Below are positions 12,028 through 27,000 of a DNA stretch of 64,000 nucleotides, one piece after another. The stretch is taken from contig JBHGNT010000011.1 of NCBI GenBank assembly GCA_043228905.1, positions 13,702,001 to 13,766,000 of the forward strand. Reading direction: 5' to 3'. Under the pieces are notes generated by a model that was not told the DNA's origin, made no database searches, and was given only the letters and a program-made list of their open reading frames with translations. Each line of letters begins with the position of its first letter. Position 1 is the stretch's first letter. The translations under genes were made by a program, and so were the position numbers. Source of the stretch: Azolla caroliniana (taxonomy: Eukaryota; Plantae; Polypodiophyta).

Positions 12028-12400
12028 TGTTGAGATATCAAGCTCAACTAGGTTCAATTATTTTGTCAAGTATTTAACTTAGTAGTTACACACATAGAAC
12101 CTAGTTAGTGTGTTGATTTCAAAGCCTTAAATAGGATTTTATACTTGTACTTAAGTGTGGATACATTCTAGATCCTCCACTACCAAGTTCATTTAAGATA
12201 GGGCGTACATCCTTGTACCTATATTCTCATCACACATGTGCACCCTTGCACATGAGATGTATATATATATACCTCATTGTGGGTATTTTTGTGATTGATG
12301 ATTCTTATTAATGTAGAGAAAAGTCTTTAGCTACACTCTTGTTAATCATCCCCCATATTGTCTTATTGTTCATAAGTGTTCTTTCTTACATGTGGTACCT
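12028..12400 (+). mobile_element. Possible LTR remnant
   Basis: TGTTGAG...TTACA of about 360 bp with an internal TATA-rich box, followed by a PBS-like TGTGGTACC. No partner LTR seen. Confidence 0.3.
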
Positions 12401-14996
12401 AAAAAGGGCGGTTTGTGCCCGTAAGTGACAACGACGAAGATAGTGGCGACGACGCAAAATGGTGACAGTGAAGGGTGGTTTGTGCCTGTAAGTGATGACG
12501 ACGAAGATGGTGACGGTGACAACAATGACGGTTTCGACGATGAAGAAGGTAAAATGTAGCCTGTCTACAAGTTGCATGATGGAACGTGGTGCGAGTCTCA
12601 TCATATCCTAGAGGTCATCCTGTGCATGTATCTCACTCGTACCATTCGGTACACCCCACGATGGACTATGTACTGCTAATAAAACATGACTTTGTGTGAG
12701 TTGTAGCCTTCGGGCGAGCCAAAGATAAAAAATAATACTAAAGTAGTATAAAAAAGAAGAAAAAAAAAAGTTCTTTCTCACTTCCTCTCATACTCTCACA
12801 TACACACACACACATCACATAATCTTCCATTGCTTAATCACATATGTGATTAACTATTCACGTAATTATATACTAATTAACCTTTAGTTAATTACCTAAT
12901 TATTACAAAATAAAAGTAATAGGATATGTTGGCCGCAAATGGTAATTTGACCCGCCAATAGAGGATGTAAAATCATATTGGAAGTTGTGGGTGTATCGTA
13001 AGCAGCTGTTATTTAGATTGGCATGGGACTAGGTAACTTATGGACAGATCCATTTACTGGCAACAAAAATCAATTTTCTCTTAATATTATGTGCAATTAG
13101 GTTGACATATTTTTGCATGGTTCACTGGATGTTTCACTAACAACATTTCAATATTGGAGTCAACAATGTCTCGTTCCAAAATTTCTTTCTAAGTTTCACT
13201 CCAAATACTTTGCATCCAATGGTTACTTGTGCTTTGACCCTTGCTTGTGGTATGTGGCTACACGTAATGACTGTATCCTCTAATTGTGGTTACTGTCATT
13301 TGTAGGAAGAATCACAAAAACATTGTTCGTGGGACCGATTTGAGTCACAATTGGTATGGAAATGTCAGCTTAGAATAATTGCCAATTACTTTCCCACATC
13401 ATTATTCCCATGGGGAATGGTGGTTTGGACATCAGTTGTCTCCTTTGTGTGTAAACAATTACCTAGAGTAATTATGTTAAGCAGAATAGATTAGATGTGT
13501 GTTTGTGTGTGTGTATGTCTAAAGAGACACAAGGTAGATAAAATATTGATAGAATGTAAGAAACTCAAATGTATATTAACAAGGAATAAGAAAATGCACT
13601 AGCAACCAACCAAGTACAAAGGAAGGAGGGAGGTGCTTCCGGTTTTCATGAAGTTAGGATCTCACTAATTAAAGTCGTGCTTAACATTTGGTTCGACATG
13701 ATCCATACATTAAAAAGACAATGGGATTGTCTTATCGGGGATTCAAATGCTACAGTTGCTCAATGTCTCCAATATATTACTCCTTAGACGAACAACTCAC
13801 TTTTTCCATTCAAAGATGGTAGCCCTTTTTTAGCATTTTCAACCACCAAGATGGTTGTTCCCTCCATTAATCACTTGAGAATAACATCTCCACGCTAATT
13901 TCTTACTATTAATGAATGGACATCTTTTTTTTAAAACATAACAATCCAATATAGTTATCAATGACTGGACATATCCAAAATATGTGTTCGACATCATCCT
14001 TGATTCTTGTACCAAAGAAAAAAACATGTCCATTTGAAATTGGGTCAATGTTTCAAAGTTGTTGCCAAAGGCAGCCAACCAACCAAGCACTATTGTGTTC
14101 CAAAGGAAAAATGAGCTTGTGAAGTCATTTTGAGTGGTGTATGACCATAACAATATCAATTTACAATGGGTGCCATTGGTGTGCACCACAAGTGTTAATT
14201 TATTGTTGTCAAATGACCAATAGTTCATCGATAATCGATAATTGAGAGCAAGGTGCACGGGAGTAGATAACGTCGATAATGATAGCCACACATAATGATT
14301 TGTGCTTGTGACACATCAAATAGAATAGTGCATAGTATACAAAGCCAAGCTTTGCCATGTGATCGAAGTTAGGTGGAGACATTCATTTTGATTCGAATGC
14401 AAGAGTTTCGGGTAACTATGCTAGTTTATTACTATATATCTTGCACTGTAGCGGCTGATATTTAATCTATTCCAAACTTCGTTGTTGGGAGAGCATTGAG
14501 CGCTTGAGGTATGAATGATGAAACGACCGAGCACAATTGACGATATGCCATAACAAGGCTTCAATGCTTGTTTTACCAATGTAGATATGTACTTATTTGA
14601 TATGCTTGAGCGAGTCCTTAAACAAATCTTGAGGAGAACGATGTACCTTCTGAGTCCACGACTAATTTTGGTTCGTTCTCCAAACTTGGATGGGGTTGGG
14701 TTGGGAAACTCGAGAAGCCATGCCCAACACGGACGCCGGTCATCCCCTCGTGCTCTTGCGTGGGTGTCTGTAGGTAGCTATTAGTAGACTAAGGCACACA
14801 CTTAAAATACGTGTTGACCCATCCAACTCACTCTTGCACATATGTATACATATACATAACACCTAATAAATTATACATAATATACATATACGTATACGTA
14901 TAGATATGCGTATACGTATATGCCTCTGCTGTATGTAGTCATTGTCGAGCCATTTTAGTGTGTGCCTGCGGGGGGGAAGGAAGGAAGGATCGATCG

Positions 14997-14999
<3 letters not shown>

Positions 15000-15070
<71 letters not shown>
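15000..15070 (+). repeat. (GA)n microsatellite abutting the SEC5 start codon
   Basis: About 35 GA units ending at the A of ATG 15070. Confidence 0.97.
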
Positions 15071-15072
<2 letters not shown>

Positions 15073-18000
15073 TCCATATCCAGCATGGACGATGACGACT
15101 TCGGTGATCCAGAGGAGGAGGAGGAGGAAGAGCTTCTGCAGAGGGCGTTGGAGGCACAGGCAAAGCGTGGAGATCATGAGGTGCAGCAGTACCCGTATGG
15201 CAGATCCCCCAATCATCCTCCCCCCCTCATCTCCGCCGCAGCTGCCGGCCCTCCGTCTCGACAACCCCCTCCCGCCCCGCCCACTCGCCGTCCCCCACCC
15301 CCTCGCCCATCGCAGCCTCAGCCCCAGCCCCAACCTCGCTCACGCCCCCTCCCTTCATCCGCCCACCATCATCATCATGACGTTGACGATGATGAATCCG
15401 AGGTTGAGCTCCTCAGTTTATCCTCCGACGACGACGAAGAAGACTATGACGATCCTAGACGGAGGAAAGGCTCGGCGCCTCATCGAGACGAGGATCTCTA
15501 TTCGGACGATGATGAAGATGGGGACGATGAACCCGAGAGCTGGAAGCGTGTCGACGAGGGAGAGGTTATGTGATCCAATCCTATTTCTTTTCCTGTTTTC
15601 CTCTAAGGAGGGGAAATAATAGATAATAATTTTATGCGAGGAGACGTCCCCACACGAATCAAAAGCTACTACTTTGGTCTTAATTATCTCACCAAGGAGC
15701 AAACAAATGCAGCACATAAGGGAAATTATAGATCAAACATTATTTAGAGACGCTGTGAATGTGTTAGTGATGCTATAATGTCACTACATGTGTATGGAGG
15801 GAAGCACATGGCATTGAAGTGCTAGTTCATCAAAGCCAGATGTACTCAGATTAATCAAGAGTCAATGCTGCAATGATGCATTTGGGACATTCTTTCTCTT
15901 TTTCTTTCAATAGACCAGTTTTATTTTGTTTAGGTTTTGGAAGAATTGGTAAAGTTTGAAGCTTTATTGGATTATCATTCCTCTGGAAATCTATAGAGTG
16001 TTGAATGATGGTCGATGCACCTACATAGATATATGTTCCCTAGTGTCCATATGGTGACTGCTGGCTTTGGGTCTTCTCCGACCAGCTTGAGATAGAGTGG
16101 GGATGAGCAACGCATGTACGTTGGGTGGACTAGAGATAAAGAGTGAGGGGCACTAGGAATGTAAATATAGAGCTTCCAATGCCATGGGGAGAGAGTCCTA
16201 CTTTGAGGAGATCACCACCACCCCATGTTGCATGGCGTGAGTAGATCAATGCCACATAGGACAGCTCCTTTTGCATTGGATGATACAGAGACTCACAGAC
16301 AGATCTGTAGACATATGTGAGGGCCACACCAGCCATACTAACAGAGTAGAGGGTGACACTTGAACAAACAGAGATTATTGAATTGAGTATGATACTTCTA
16401 TTTACCACACTATCGGATGCCAAAGCTTTCTTGAGCTGTCGTAATAAACATATGTAGGAGAGGGCAAATCGTCCTAGAGTTATCCAATGACCTTACGACA
16501 ATAATTTTTAAACACTATTTTGCATGTTAACCATCACGTATCCCATCATGAGTTTGGTCTGTACAGCAGCCATATAGTTGGATATTTTGTGTGTGCATGT
16601 CATATAACCTATAGGATCACATCCAATAGATCATGGTTATTTTCTGCATTGTTCATGGGTGCATAGGGAATGCTACCTTTGTACTTATAAATCATCTCAT
16701 CGGAAAACTGTGAGTTCTAATATACTTTAAGACAACTTTATTCCTCTCTCTCAGCAGTCATAAAACTGAGGAATCCCAAGTTTGATCATTGCCTCATAGA
16801 TCGCGATTGGTCTGTTTGTGTGTGCATGTCATATAACCTATAGGATCACATCCAATAGATCATGGTTATTTTCTGCATTGTTCATGGATGCATAGGGAAT
16901 GCTACCTTTCTACTTATAAATCATCTCATTGGAAAACTGTGAGTTCTAATATACTTTAAGATAACTTTATTCCTCTCTCTCAGCAGTCATAAAACTGAGG
17001 AATCCCAAGTTTGATCATTGCCTCGTAGATCGCAATTGGTCTGTTGTGGATATTAAAAAGATATGTCTATCTATCTATTCTGCTTGAGGGAACCTAGTTG
17101 TTAGAGCCAATCAATTGGGCCTCTCAATGTCACATTGTAGGTGGTGTTTGCATCAAGTTCTAACATATCAAGAGCATCATTTTGTACCACTAAGGATGCT
17201 TGATATAAATACAACTAGAGAGACCAATGTGGGAGTCTTGACATGATTTCTCTCATGTGTTCCTCCACCTATTCTCGTGGACTAGTTGTAATGGTTTCTG
17301 ATCCAGCTTATTATGGAGGATATAGATACAATTAGAGAGACCAATGTGGGAGTCTTGACATGATTTTGCTCATGTGTTCCTCCACCCATACTCGTGGACT
17401 AGTTGTAATGGCCTCCCATCCAGCTTATACTGCTCCTATTGCATGTACACTCATTGATACTTGTTTTGCTTACACAATGCACTGTCTTTTCTTTTCTTTC
17501 CTCGTTATTATGCTTTGTATTATATCTTTGCTAGGGTGTTATTTTGTTTCTCTCATTGTACATTTGGACCTTTCAAAGATTGTTTATATAATTGCTCTGA
17601 AACCGAAGTTGATTTCCTTGCTATGGAGATCTTTCTATCTTGAATTGGGTCAATTTGAAGATATTTCAAAAACAGAAGTTTCAGTCCATCTCACCTCACA
17701 CCGTCAAGTGCTTAGTCAAGGATATATGGCACCATAAGTAGTTTCATTAAATCTTGTTTATATTTATTTTCGTTTGTTATTCTCATAAAGTAGACAACAT
17801 TTTAAGATGTAATATCTCATTTGGTCTAACATGCCATTTTGGTCTCTTAAATGATGAGCAATTTGGTGTTCAGGAGCATGTTTGGCAGAGATATGTGTAC
17901 TTAGCTATATTACTATATGCTAATGACACGTGTTGATTTCTGACTCCCTAGAGGAGACATGTAAATGCTTTAAAGACATTTTGTATGGACAATTCTTTTT

Positions 18001-21000
18001 CAGGAAACATTAATAAAACCAAAATGATGGCGTTTAACACCATAGGACCATGGGCAACAAGATAGATCTGAACCATAATTCTTATTGGGAGAGGAAAAGG
18101 TGGCGTACACACAATCCTCCACATGCCTTTACACAGTACCCCAGTTCTCCCATTGGGGGGGTGCTTGTGCTTGAATTTAAGACAATGTGCATATAAACAG
18201 TTTCAAGAATCACGAATTAGATGATGGTTATTTGATACCCTTGTAGCAGTGATTCTGTTCTATGGGTAAAAACTTTGGGAATGCCTCCATAAATCACACA
18301 TAATTGAAGAGGTTTGAGAACTTTAGTCGCAAAGTATTTGATGCCCCCATGATATAAGCCATGCTATAAGCCATGTGGAGGTTCCAAAGCAAAAATACTT
18401 ATGATTGACACTTACGCCATTAGAACAACTGGCAGAACATGGAGATAATCAGTGTTGTGCTGAAATGAATGGCACCAGTCACATGGCATATAAATGCAGA
18501 CACATTTATCTACACTTGGACATGATCAAAGTGGATAACAATAGAGCAATTTGAAATTATATGATTAAATTGGATAGTTAAAGACTGTGGATCAGCCTCA
18601 CAGTGCCTATTGGAAGGAAGATGGCCCATTATAAAGCCTTCTTTTTTGCACACCTCATAGGTTTGAAAGGTAGATATGCACACAAATCTATGGAAAAATA
18701 GATCAGCCAATTGCCCCTGCCTTTTTTATGGAGTAAGAGGGGGATATGACTGCTTTCTTAAACAAGATGTTGATTCACTCTACATGGTAACAGTTTTTGA
18801 AGACTTAACAATGTTTGTGACTATTGTTGCTTGAATTTAAGAGGCATAACGGGATGTTGTTGAACAACAATACAACCACAACAACAAAGAACCATCTCAG
18901 CTTTATTTAGCTCGTCAGTTTTTATGCCACAAGTCACACTAGGGGTTACACTCTCAACCACAACTTGGAAAGGGATTACAATAGATTGGGCAATAGAAAT
19001 TTGTCATTCACATAGGCCACAATCATTTGGACCATGACCTCCAGTCTTGTTCTTGATAAATAAAGGTCATTTTCACCTATACTGAAGGTGCTTCCCTCAG
19101 CTCAAATACCTCTCCACCTTGGGTGAGCCCATGTTGGAGATCTTTTGAACGCAAAAATTTCAACAATTTAAGCTCAAAATGTTGAGCGTTTAGTTAAGCA
19201 CATCCTCTGGCATCTTAGCTAGTTTTACTTATTTAATTATAATGAATTTGGGTCTGTTGTCAAAGATTAGACAACGTTTCAACATAATCTCTCACTTGAT
19301 CTCGTAGGCCATTTTGACCTCACCAAATACATTAACATCTCGTTCTTTTGTTATTTCTCAACATATGAGAAAAAGGATATGTGACCTATGTGGCATGAAT
19401 GTTTTAGAACCTGAAAATTTCACGCTGGGAGGTCTCACATATGAGGACATTCAGCATTATTTTCACATGTAATTTTAATCCTAGTTCATCAGGAATTTGA
19501 ATTTGGTGCTTATTTGATTCTGGACGTGTTCATTGTTTTACTTGGTGTTTTAAACTAGGCTCAAAATTTGCAAATTTTGATGTGTAACAGCTTGCAAGAA
19601 TGGTTAGAGAAATGAGGGAAGCAAAGCTAACAGCCATTCCAAATGTAAGAAAAGTGCCCACTTTTAGGCGGAAGGCTAGCATGGTAGCTGAGGGTTTTCC
19701 TCGAGGCAATGATCTCATCGATCCATTAGGACTGGGGTGAGTTGATTTTGTTTTTTACTTTATGTTATCTTACTATATATAGACACGATGCTGAATCATA
19801 TGTTCTTGTTGTATAATGCAATTCTATGATAGTATAGCTATTTTATTATTTGGCATCATCTAATAAGTTTAATTTATGACAGTGTTATAGATCCACGAAA
19901 TTTGTGTTTGGTACAAAAGGGTTCTATCGAGAATGAGGGTACAGAAGCAAGTGCTGTTAGAGATCCTACTTTGAGAGGTAATTAACACGACACCTTCACT
20001 ATTTTTTAACAATCACAATTCACTTCTTGAGGTCTTTGCATCGTTATCGACTGTTTGAGTGTAATAAGGAAAAAATATTCTGTCTCTTCGTCTTATGATC
20101 TTCAGTGGGAATTCTAAACTGATCAAAGATATTTGGGGCACTTTGGTGCAATCTGAGTAGTATGGAGCGAGAAGATTGGAAGAAACCAATGGAAAAACTA
20201 GCTCAGCAACATGAGGATGAGATAGAGTCAATCTTGGCCAAGCTTCACGAAGCCAGTTGCATGTGTGCATGCCTTTTCCTTATTGTCTTCTTGACACTTT
20301 TACTCTGCTTTTTTCTCAATCTACATATCTTGCAAAGCAGCAAAAATGATGCACAAATATGAAATAAATGGTGGTGAGAAAGCTCTTTTGTCTAGGCTAG
20401 GTCATACATTATGAAGATAATGGTGTTGCACTTGCAGGATTGGCAGCTCTATGGCAGCTCTATTTGTCATTTGTTTTAAATTTCCGCATGGAAAATTGTA
20501 CAAAATGCTGCATTTGGACCTTTACATAAATATTATAGAAGCTCACATCAAGAAATATATGTGCTCACAATAATGCAGTATTTCAAACTCGTTTTTACTT
20601 CTCTAGAGGGTTTTAATGATCTGAAATAAGGAATATAAATTAAATTTTGCTGTCTCATTTTGACAGAAAAAGTTATGTATCATTCTGAGAAATTCGACCC
20701 GAAGTTATTCTTAAGCCACATTCATCAAAATACAAGCCATGCAGACCTTGATACTGGGCAGCAATCATTGAAACTGGATCTCCAGAACCGGAAGCTACAA
20801 TTAAAACTACTTGTTAAGGAAAATTTTGACTGCTTTGTGTCTTGTAAATCTACAATTGATGGTGAGGGCTTTTATAAAAAATCATCTCTTACAAGTTTAG
20901 CCTGTGGTGAACTGTGAAATCTGATTGGTTCATGTATACAGATATACACTTGAAGTTGCAACAAATAGAAACGGATATAGAAGGTGCTGGTACCGTTCAC

Positions 21001-24000
21001 TTAAGTAACTCTATAAGTGAGGTGGTTAATGTTGCAAATAGAGCCTTTGAGCCTCTTTTTGAGCGCCAGGTATGCTAGAATGTCTTTGCGTTTACATCTC
21101 TTTGCATGTTTGTGTGACACATTTATGCTGAGGATAGATGAAATTGAGGAGTAATGTTTCCAGAATTATATTTTTTAAGCACTGTAGATAATAATGTATT
21201 TCTACTGTTTAATAGTTATTTTACTCTTTACTGCTTTCGATACTCATTACTTTATGAAAAAGTTATATATGCATGAATATAATGGGCTTGGTAAATCATA
21301 TGTAAATGAAGCTTTTGGTGAATTGTACCTAAGGTTGCATTGTTTTTTATTTATACCCTTCCATTGTCTGGCTATTGCATTCAGTCTTTTGTCTTGAAAG
21401 TGAGTTGTATAAACTGTAGTAGGGTTCTGGTCACACTACATAATCTTCAAAGCAGAATCATAGTCTCTGCAGTGGTGTTCACATCTTATTTTTTGCATAT
21501 TATGCATTATGCATTTTGAAGATTCGGCTGATTGGAAAATGATATTATGAGGTGCTCAAATTGCTCAGAAGTTTAGCTTAAATTTGAAGTATTGATTCCA
21601 ATAATTCAGGTTCAAGCAGAGCGTATAAGGTCTGTTCAGGGGATGCTTCAGCGTTTCAGAACCCTGTTTAATCTTCCAAGTACTATTCGTAGTTGCATTA
21701 CCAAAGGAGAGTATGACATGGCTGTGAGGGAATACAAGAAAGCGAAGTCTTTAGTCCTGCCTACCCACGTAATTCTGTTCATTTTCTCTTTGAAATAATT
21801 GTTTCTGGCTAATGCAGAAAGCAACACTCGACATTTGTAAAATTGGGATCAAAGATAATCATGCAGACATTTCTGTTGGGAGCTTTTGTGCAGGTTACAG
21901 TTTTGAAGAAAGTGCTTGAAGAAGTAGAGAAAGTAATTACGGAGTTTAAGGAAAAACTTTTGAAATCTATGGAAAATCCGAATATGGAGTTTAATCAAGT
22001 AAGCAAGTTCTTCAACTGAGAGGTTCTCAGATTAGTCACTCACTAGATATAAACTGTCAAGCAGAAATCAACTGTTATTTCAATTTGATATATTTAATTA
22101 ATCCTTGCCTGCTTGTTTTTTTGACAGCTGGAGAGCACTGTTCGACTGCTCTTAGAGTTGGAGCCAGGCTCTGATCCAATTTGGCATTATCTGACAATTC
22201 AGGTTTGCAACCTGTTGTATGTCATTGAATTTACCTCCTATTGTGTACTGTTGCAATTATCTATGCATGTATTTTGTAGAGCTTGCACATTGAGGAACTT
22301 CTGGAGGGTTGCTCTCTGGAACATAGCGAAAGAGTGGAGGAAATGAAAAAAGAGTTTTCAGCGAAGGCAGAATTGGATGCACGATGGAAAGAACTTCAAA
22401 TAGAGTCAAACAAAGCAGTATGAGATATTATGGTTTCTAATTTCCTTTCAGAAATAACAGACATATGCTTATGTTTCTCTTTTCTATTACAGTCTGATCT
22501 AGATTATTACTTGAATTTTGATGAACAAGAAAGAGGATCTCTCAATAAAGGCATTGAAAATCTTATGACGCAACACTCAGATACACTAATCAGCAGGCTT
22601 ATTCATCGCTTAACCTTAGTGCTGGTGCAATATCTGCCCTCGTTTTGGCGTTTAGCAACGGCAATATTCAATGGGAAATTTGGAAAAGTATGTGAAGACA
22701 TTCTTCCTGTTGGCTTATAATGATAGCTTTTTAATAACAAAATGCCTCAAGAAAAGCACGAATGTGAATTGCTTCGGTAATTGATATGTCCTGAATTCAC
22801 TCCACTATTTAAAACTTTTGCTGTAATGACTCAGTCTGCGTTTTCAAAACTATAGGGCAACTGTTGGCAACATATCTTTAATCTGAATTGATAATACTCT
22901 GTAATCAAACATTCTGGGTTCTTATTAATCTTGTGAGAACACACATTATGAACTGTTTAAAAAGATTAAGGTTAGTACCCTCTTTAAACATTAGATTGTT
23001 GTGTGTAATGTGGTCGGTGAATTCGAGTAGATCTGTGCTGATATCCTCATATTGCCTTGCACACTTTGTTTATTATGCATCATCACACTTTATTTATTCC
23101 TCTGGAAAATTATCATAAATTGTTTTTAGAAAATGTTCCCTCTATGAAGTTGGATAACTGTCTTCTTTTCATCCAATTACATTTCTGAGGAGAGGTGAGA
23201 GAGATTGGCAGTTTTACAAGAAATATTCTGTGTTTCTCTAGTATAAAAACTTTGATGATTTCATACTGAATCTATTTAAAACCTTAGCGTGATGCAAATA
23301 TGGGCACAAATGATATCCCTTGGTGGTGTAGAAAGAAAGAAAGATATATTAACGTCTTTTAAGATATATTAATGTGTAGCGCAACCTATTGTATGTAGGT
23401 GGAGTATGGGGAAACTACCTGGATGATTTCTGTCATCGCAATAATCCTAATTTTACTGTTGTTCTGTGATCCTTAAATCTATATTGATAATGTCAAGGCT
23501 GTGCAGTTGTGTAATCTGATAATTTTTTACGTTTATGGTCTCTTTTGGTTGGGGATTCTGGTAAGATGTAGGATAATATGTTTCTTACATATTGCTGAAA
23601 CATGATTTTTTTTATCTATCACAGATTTCTCATGGAAGTGTAGCAAATGGATTCGGAGGAGATAACAAAGCTGCAGGAAGCAGTGGAACCTTGCATGGGC
23701 ATTCTTTAAATGAAGTTGTTACTATGATTGTAGGCATAGTATCATTGTATCAAACCAAGGTAAGTAATTTGTGGGTTCTTTGGTGATGTTTTCTGTGTTC
23801 AGATCAAACTATTCATGTTAACTGTTTATAAGATTTCCAGATGGAAATATGTAGCTTACTTTGATTTCTTCTTTACTGTTGCATATTTAAGCACTGTGAA
23901 TACCTTTGATAATGAACACATGGATAACAAATGTATCATAGAACAAAGAAGTAGAATATTGGTTTTCAATATTCTTGGTTGGTCCTCTGCATTGAATGAG

Positions 24001-27000
24001 ACTGTTTAGATATTTTGGAACTTGAGAGGACTTTTAGTGTTTTTCTACAATAAGTTGAGCTTGAAACAATGTGCGTTGTGGTTGGTTTGTGCTGCCAGGA
24101 CAATGGACTCGTGTTGCAATTTACCATTTCATTTATCTTTGCACCCAATGTCTCTATAATGTTTGTTTTACTTAGTAAATGTATATCTGATAGATTCAGA
24201 GGTGGATGTTCTCCCTCCCCCTATCTTTTCTATAACTTTTGTTAAAGCTTTGAGAACTAACACCTCATACATTTCTCAGATAGCACATATACTTGCACTT
24301 TCTGGGTTTAACGAAGGGCAGGGAATAACAGAAACGCATGAGTATTTACGTAAATAAAGGAAAACTCAGATGTCTTTCAGAGTCTTATTTATTAATAGGA
24401 TACATGAATTTATAAGAACAAAAATAAGCTTCCTCCCATTCCGAAGGGCTCTTAATAAATGTTTGTGAGTGCCACCCTAGTAGTTGAATATGATGATAAC
24501 AATGATAAGCACTAATAAACGTATAATGCGTAAAAGGGCTTCTTCTGAATCGGCTTCTTCGGTGAGGAGGGATAGTACCGTCATCCTGGAAATTCTAATG
24601 TTGCTAGCTATACCGATTTTTATGCATTGCCTGAATAAGGGAATTTTGATTGGAGAAGGTTTGTTATAGGAAGATCCTTCTTAAAACACTGATCTATAAC
24701 CTATTTTGTTTGGGAAATGCTAATTCAACCCTTTTTGATGGAGTCGCATGCTATCATACTGTTTTCTTTGCAAACTTGTGAATATGCTATCTCTGGTTTG
24801 GTGTTTGCAGTACATAACTTAATGTTGTTCAAGCTTGCAGTGAATTAGTATTTTCTGTGATGTTTGGAGGAGGCATTATATCAGCTGTTGGCACATTTTC
24901 TAACTGTTTCAAACACATGAATACATTGTTTTAATTGTCTGCTTATTGCATTGCAATTTATGTTTCCAACTCTTACGTTTTCTAAAGTGTTTCTTGAAGG
25001 CTTGTAGATGACCTCATTGTGGATATTGTTAACAGTGTTATTCACACTTTGCTCAGTTGAAAGGGTGACATGTTTGATTCGAATTTTCAACTTAATTTTG
25101 CTAGTAATTTGATCTTGTTTGCTGCCTTAAACTCTTATTCTTCTAACGTTATATCACTGCATGGTCCCACTGGTTCCTATGACAAGGTTCAAATTTCCTT
25201 ATGTTTATCTGGGTTAGCTATTTATTTGTGCATACCATCATAATAAAAAACATCTTTTCAAAGAAACCTTGTATAATCTCAGTTGTTTAAAATTCACCAT
25301 ATTGTCCTCTATACTACGTTTCTGGTAATGTGCTCTTCGTGAGTTGATATGATGTTAATTGGTTATAAATTTATTCTTTTTGTCTTGAAAGTAGGTCTTG
25401 AATGCTTTCCTAGCTTTAGCTGAATCAAATGCCTTGGGCCATTATATGCTGAAAGCTGTGGAAGAAGTTTCCAAGGCATGTTTTGCACTTGAAAATAATG
25501 ATGCAGGCCCTTCTAGCGCAGGTATTTTCTTTTATTCTTGCGTTATTAATTGTACTCTATCCTGATAAAAGATAAGAGTACGGAGCTGAACTGAGTTAAG
25601 ACAATGCATTAGTGTCTCTTGACGAAACACTGTTTTTTATTTTCTGCATCCTTTGTTTCTAAACCTATAAGCACATTTATTGCGAAGATTGATTTTTTAA
25701 TACCATATTCCCTTTACATCTCTATTTGATTTTATAGTTAAGTATTTGTGCTTAAGTAGCTTGCTTCTGTCAATAGTACTGACAACATTTTTTATGGTTA
25801 AATAGCTTGCTTCTGTCATTTAGAATTGACAACATATGTTATGGTTTTACAGTGCAACTCCTTTTTGTCCTGAAAGCTCAAATCACACAGAATTTTGTAT
25901 CAAGGCTTTGTTCTTTCATTCAAGATGCAACATTGAAAATTGACAGTGAAGAAGATTGGTTGCCGGTATCCGCTATCGAATGTGGTGGGACAGCATTTGC
26001 TATTTCTGGGCTTCCTTTGTGCTTTCGAGCTATGATAATGGCTACAATGGGTCAAATTGAAGAGTAATTTTAGTTTTTAGATAAAACTCTATTTTAGAAT
26101 ACCATATTATGTTCTATATGCTTAGAGAACTCCTTTATTGGAACAACCAGAATCTTGGAGATGCTTAAGGTGCGAACTTCCAAGGTTAATGATCTGAGTG
26201 CAGAAATATGTGCTATTCAAGATTCTGTTAAGTCCACGTTCTACAACTGCTTTTTCACCTTACATGGTTGGTGTTTTGTTTAACCTTGAACATTGTTGTG
26301 AAAATGATTCATATTTTTAACTTGATGGTACTGGATTTTTCATTATTACTGATTTGGGGTGCAGCTTAGTTTGAGTTTAAGCTGTCCTGTGTAGGATGGA
26401 CTTACATACACTTTTTTAATCTCATACATGGCCACATTAATCTAACTCTTTAGTGTCACTGTTTTGAACAGAAATATTGGATAAGATAGCCGCAAATCTT
26501 TCAGAGAAATGTCGGGTTTTTGAAAATGAGAGCTTAGATGGCACAATAGGAGACCACTTTACTGGTCTTCAAGCAGGGGTCAAAGTCATTAGTCCTCATC
26601 AGCGATTGCTGATGGTCCTGAGCAATGTGGGATACTGCAAAGCAGCATTACTTCCTGGATTATTACAGAAGTACCAATATATCTGGTCTTCATCAGGGTA
26701 CTGCTTTTATTACGCTATCAAAATGATGTCAAGTTTACATAGAATGATTGCCAATATCGCGAATTTTTGCTGATAACTTTGTATAATTCTAAGCATATCA
26801 GTGTTATTTTAATCTCTCTTCAGTTGGGAGATAATTGTTTGAATAGTGTTTAAATTTAAAATGCATCATCACGAGAGAATGTATATGAGAGGTGATACAT
26901 CAGAAAAAATTAATAGAATTATTTATTCTGATGAATATTGAGACATAGATAAATCGACAAATTCACCATTGTTCAAGTCTTTATGCATATTTTGTAATTC

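Noticed and set aside
14942-15069. Poly-(ER) N-terminal extension of SEC5
   Set aside because: It is a translation of the (GA)n leader from a non-ATG start. SEC5 similarity begins at ATG 15070.
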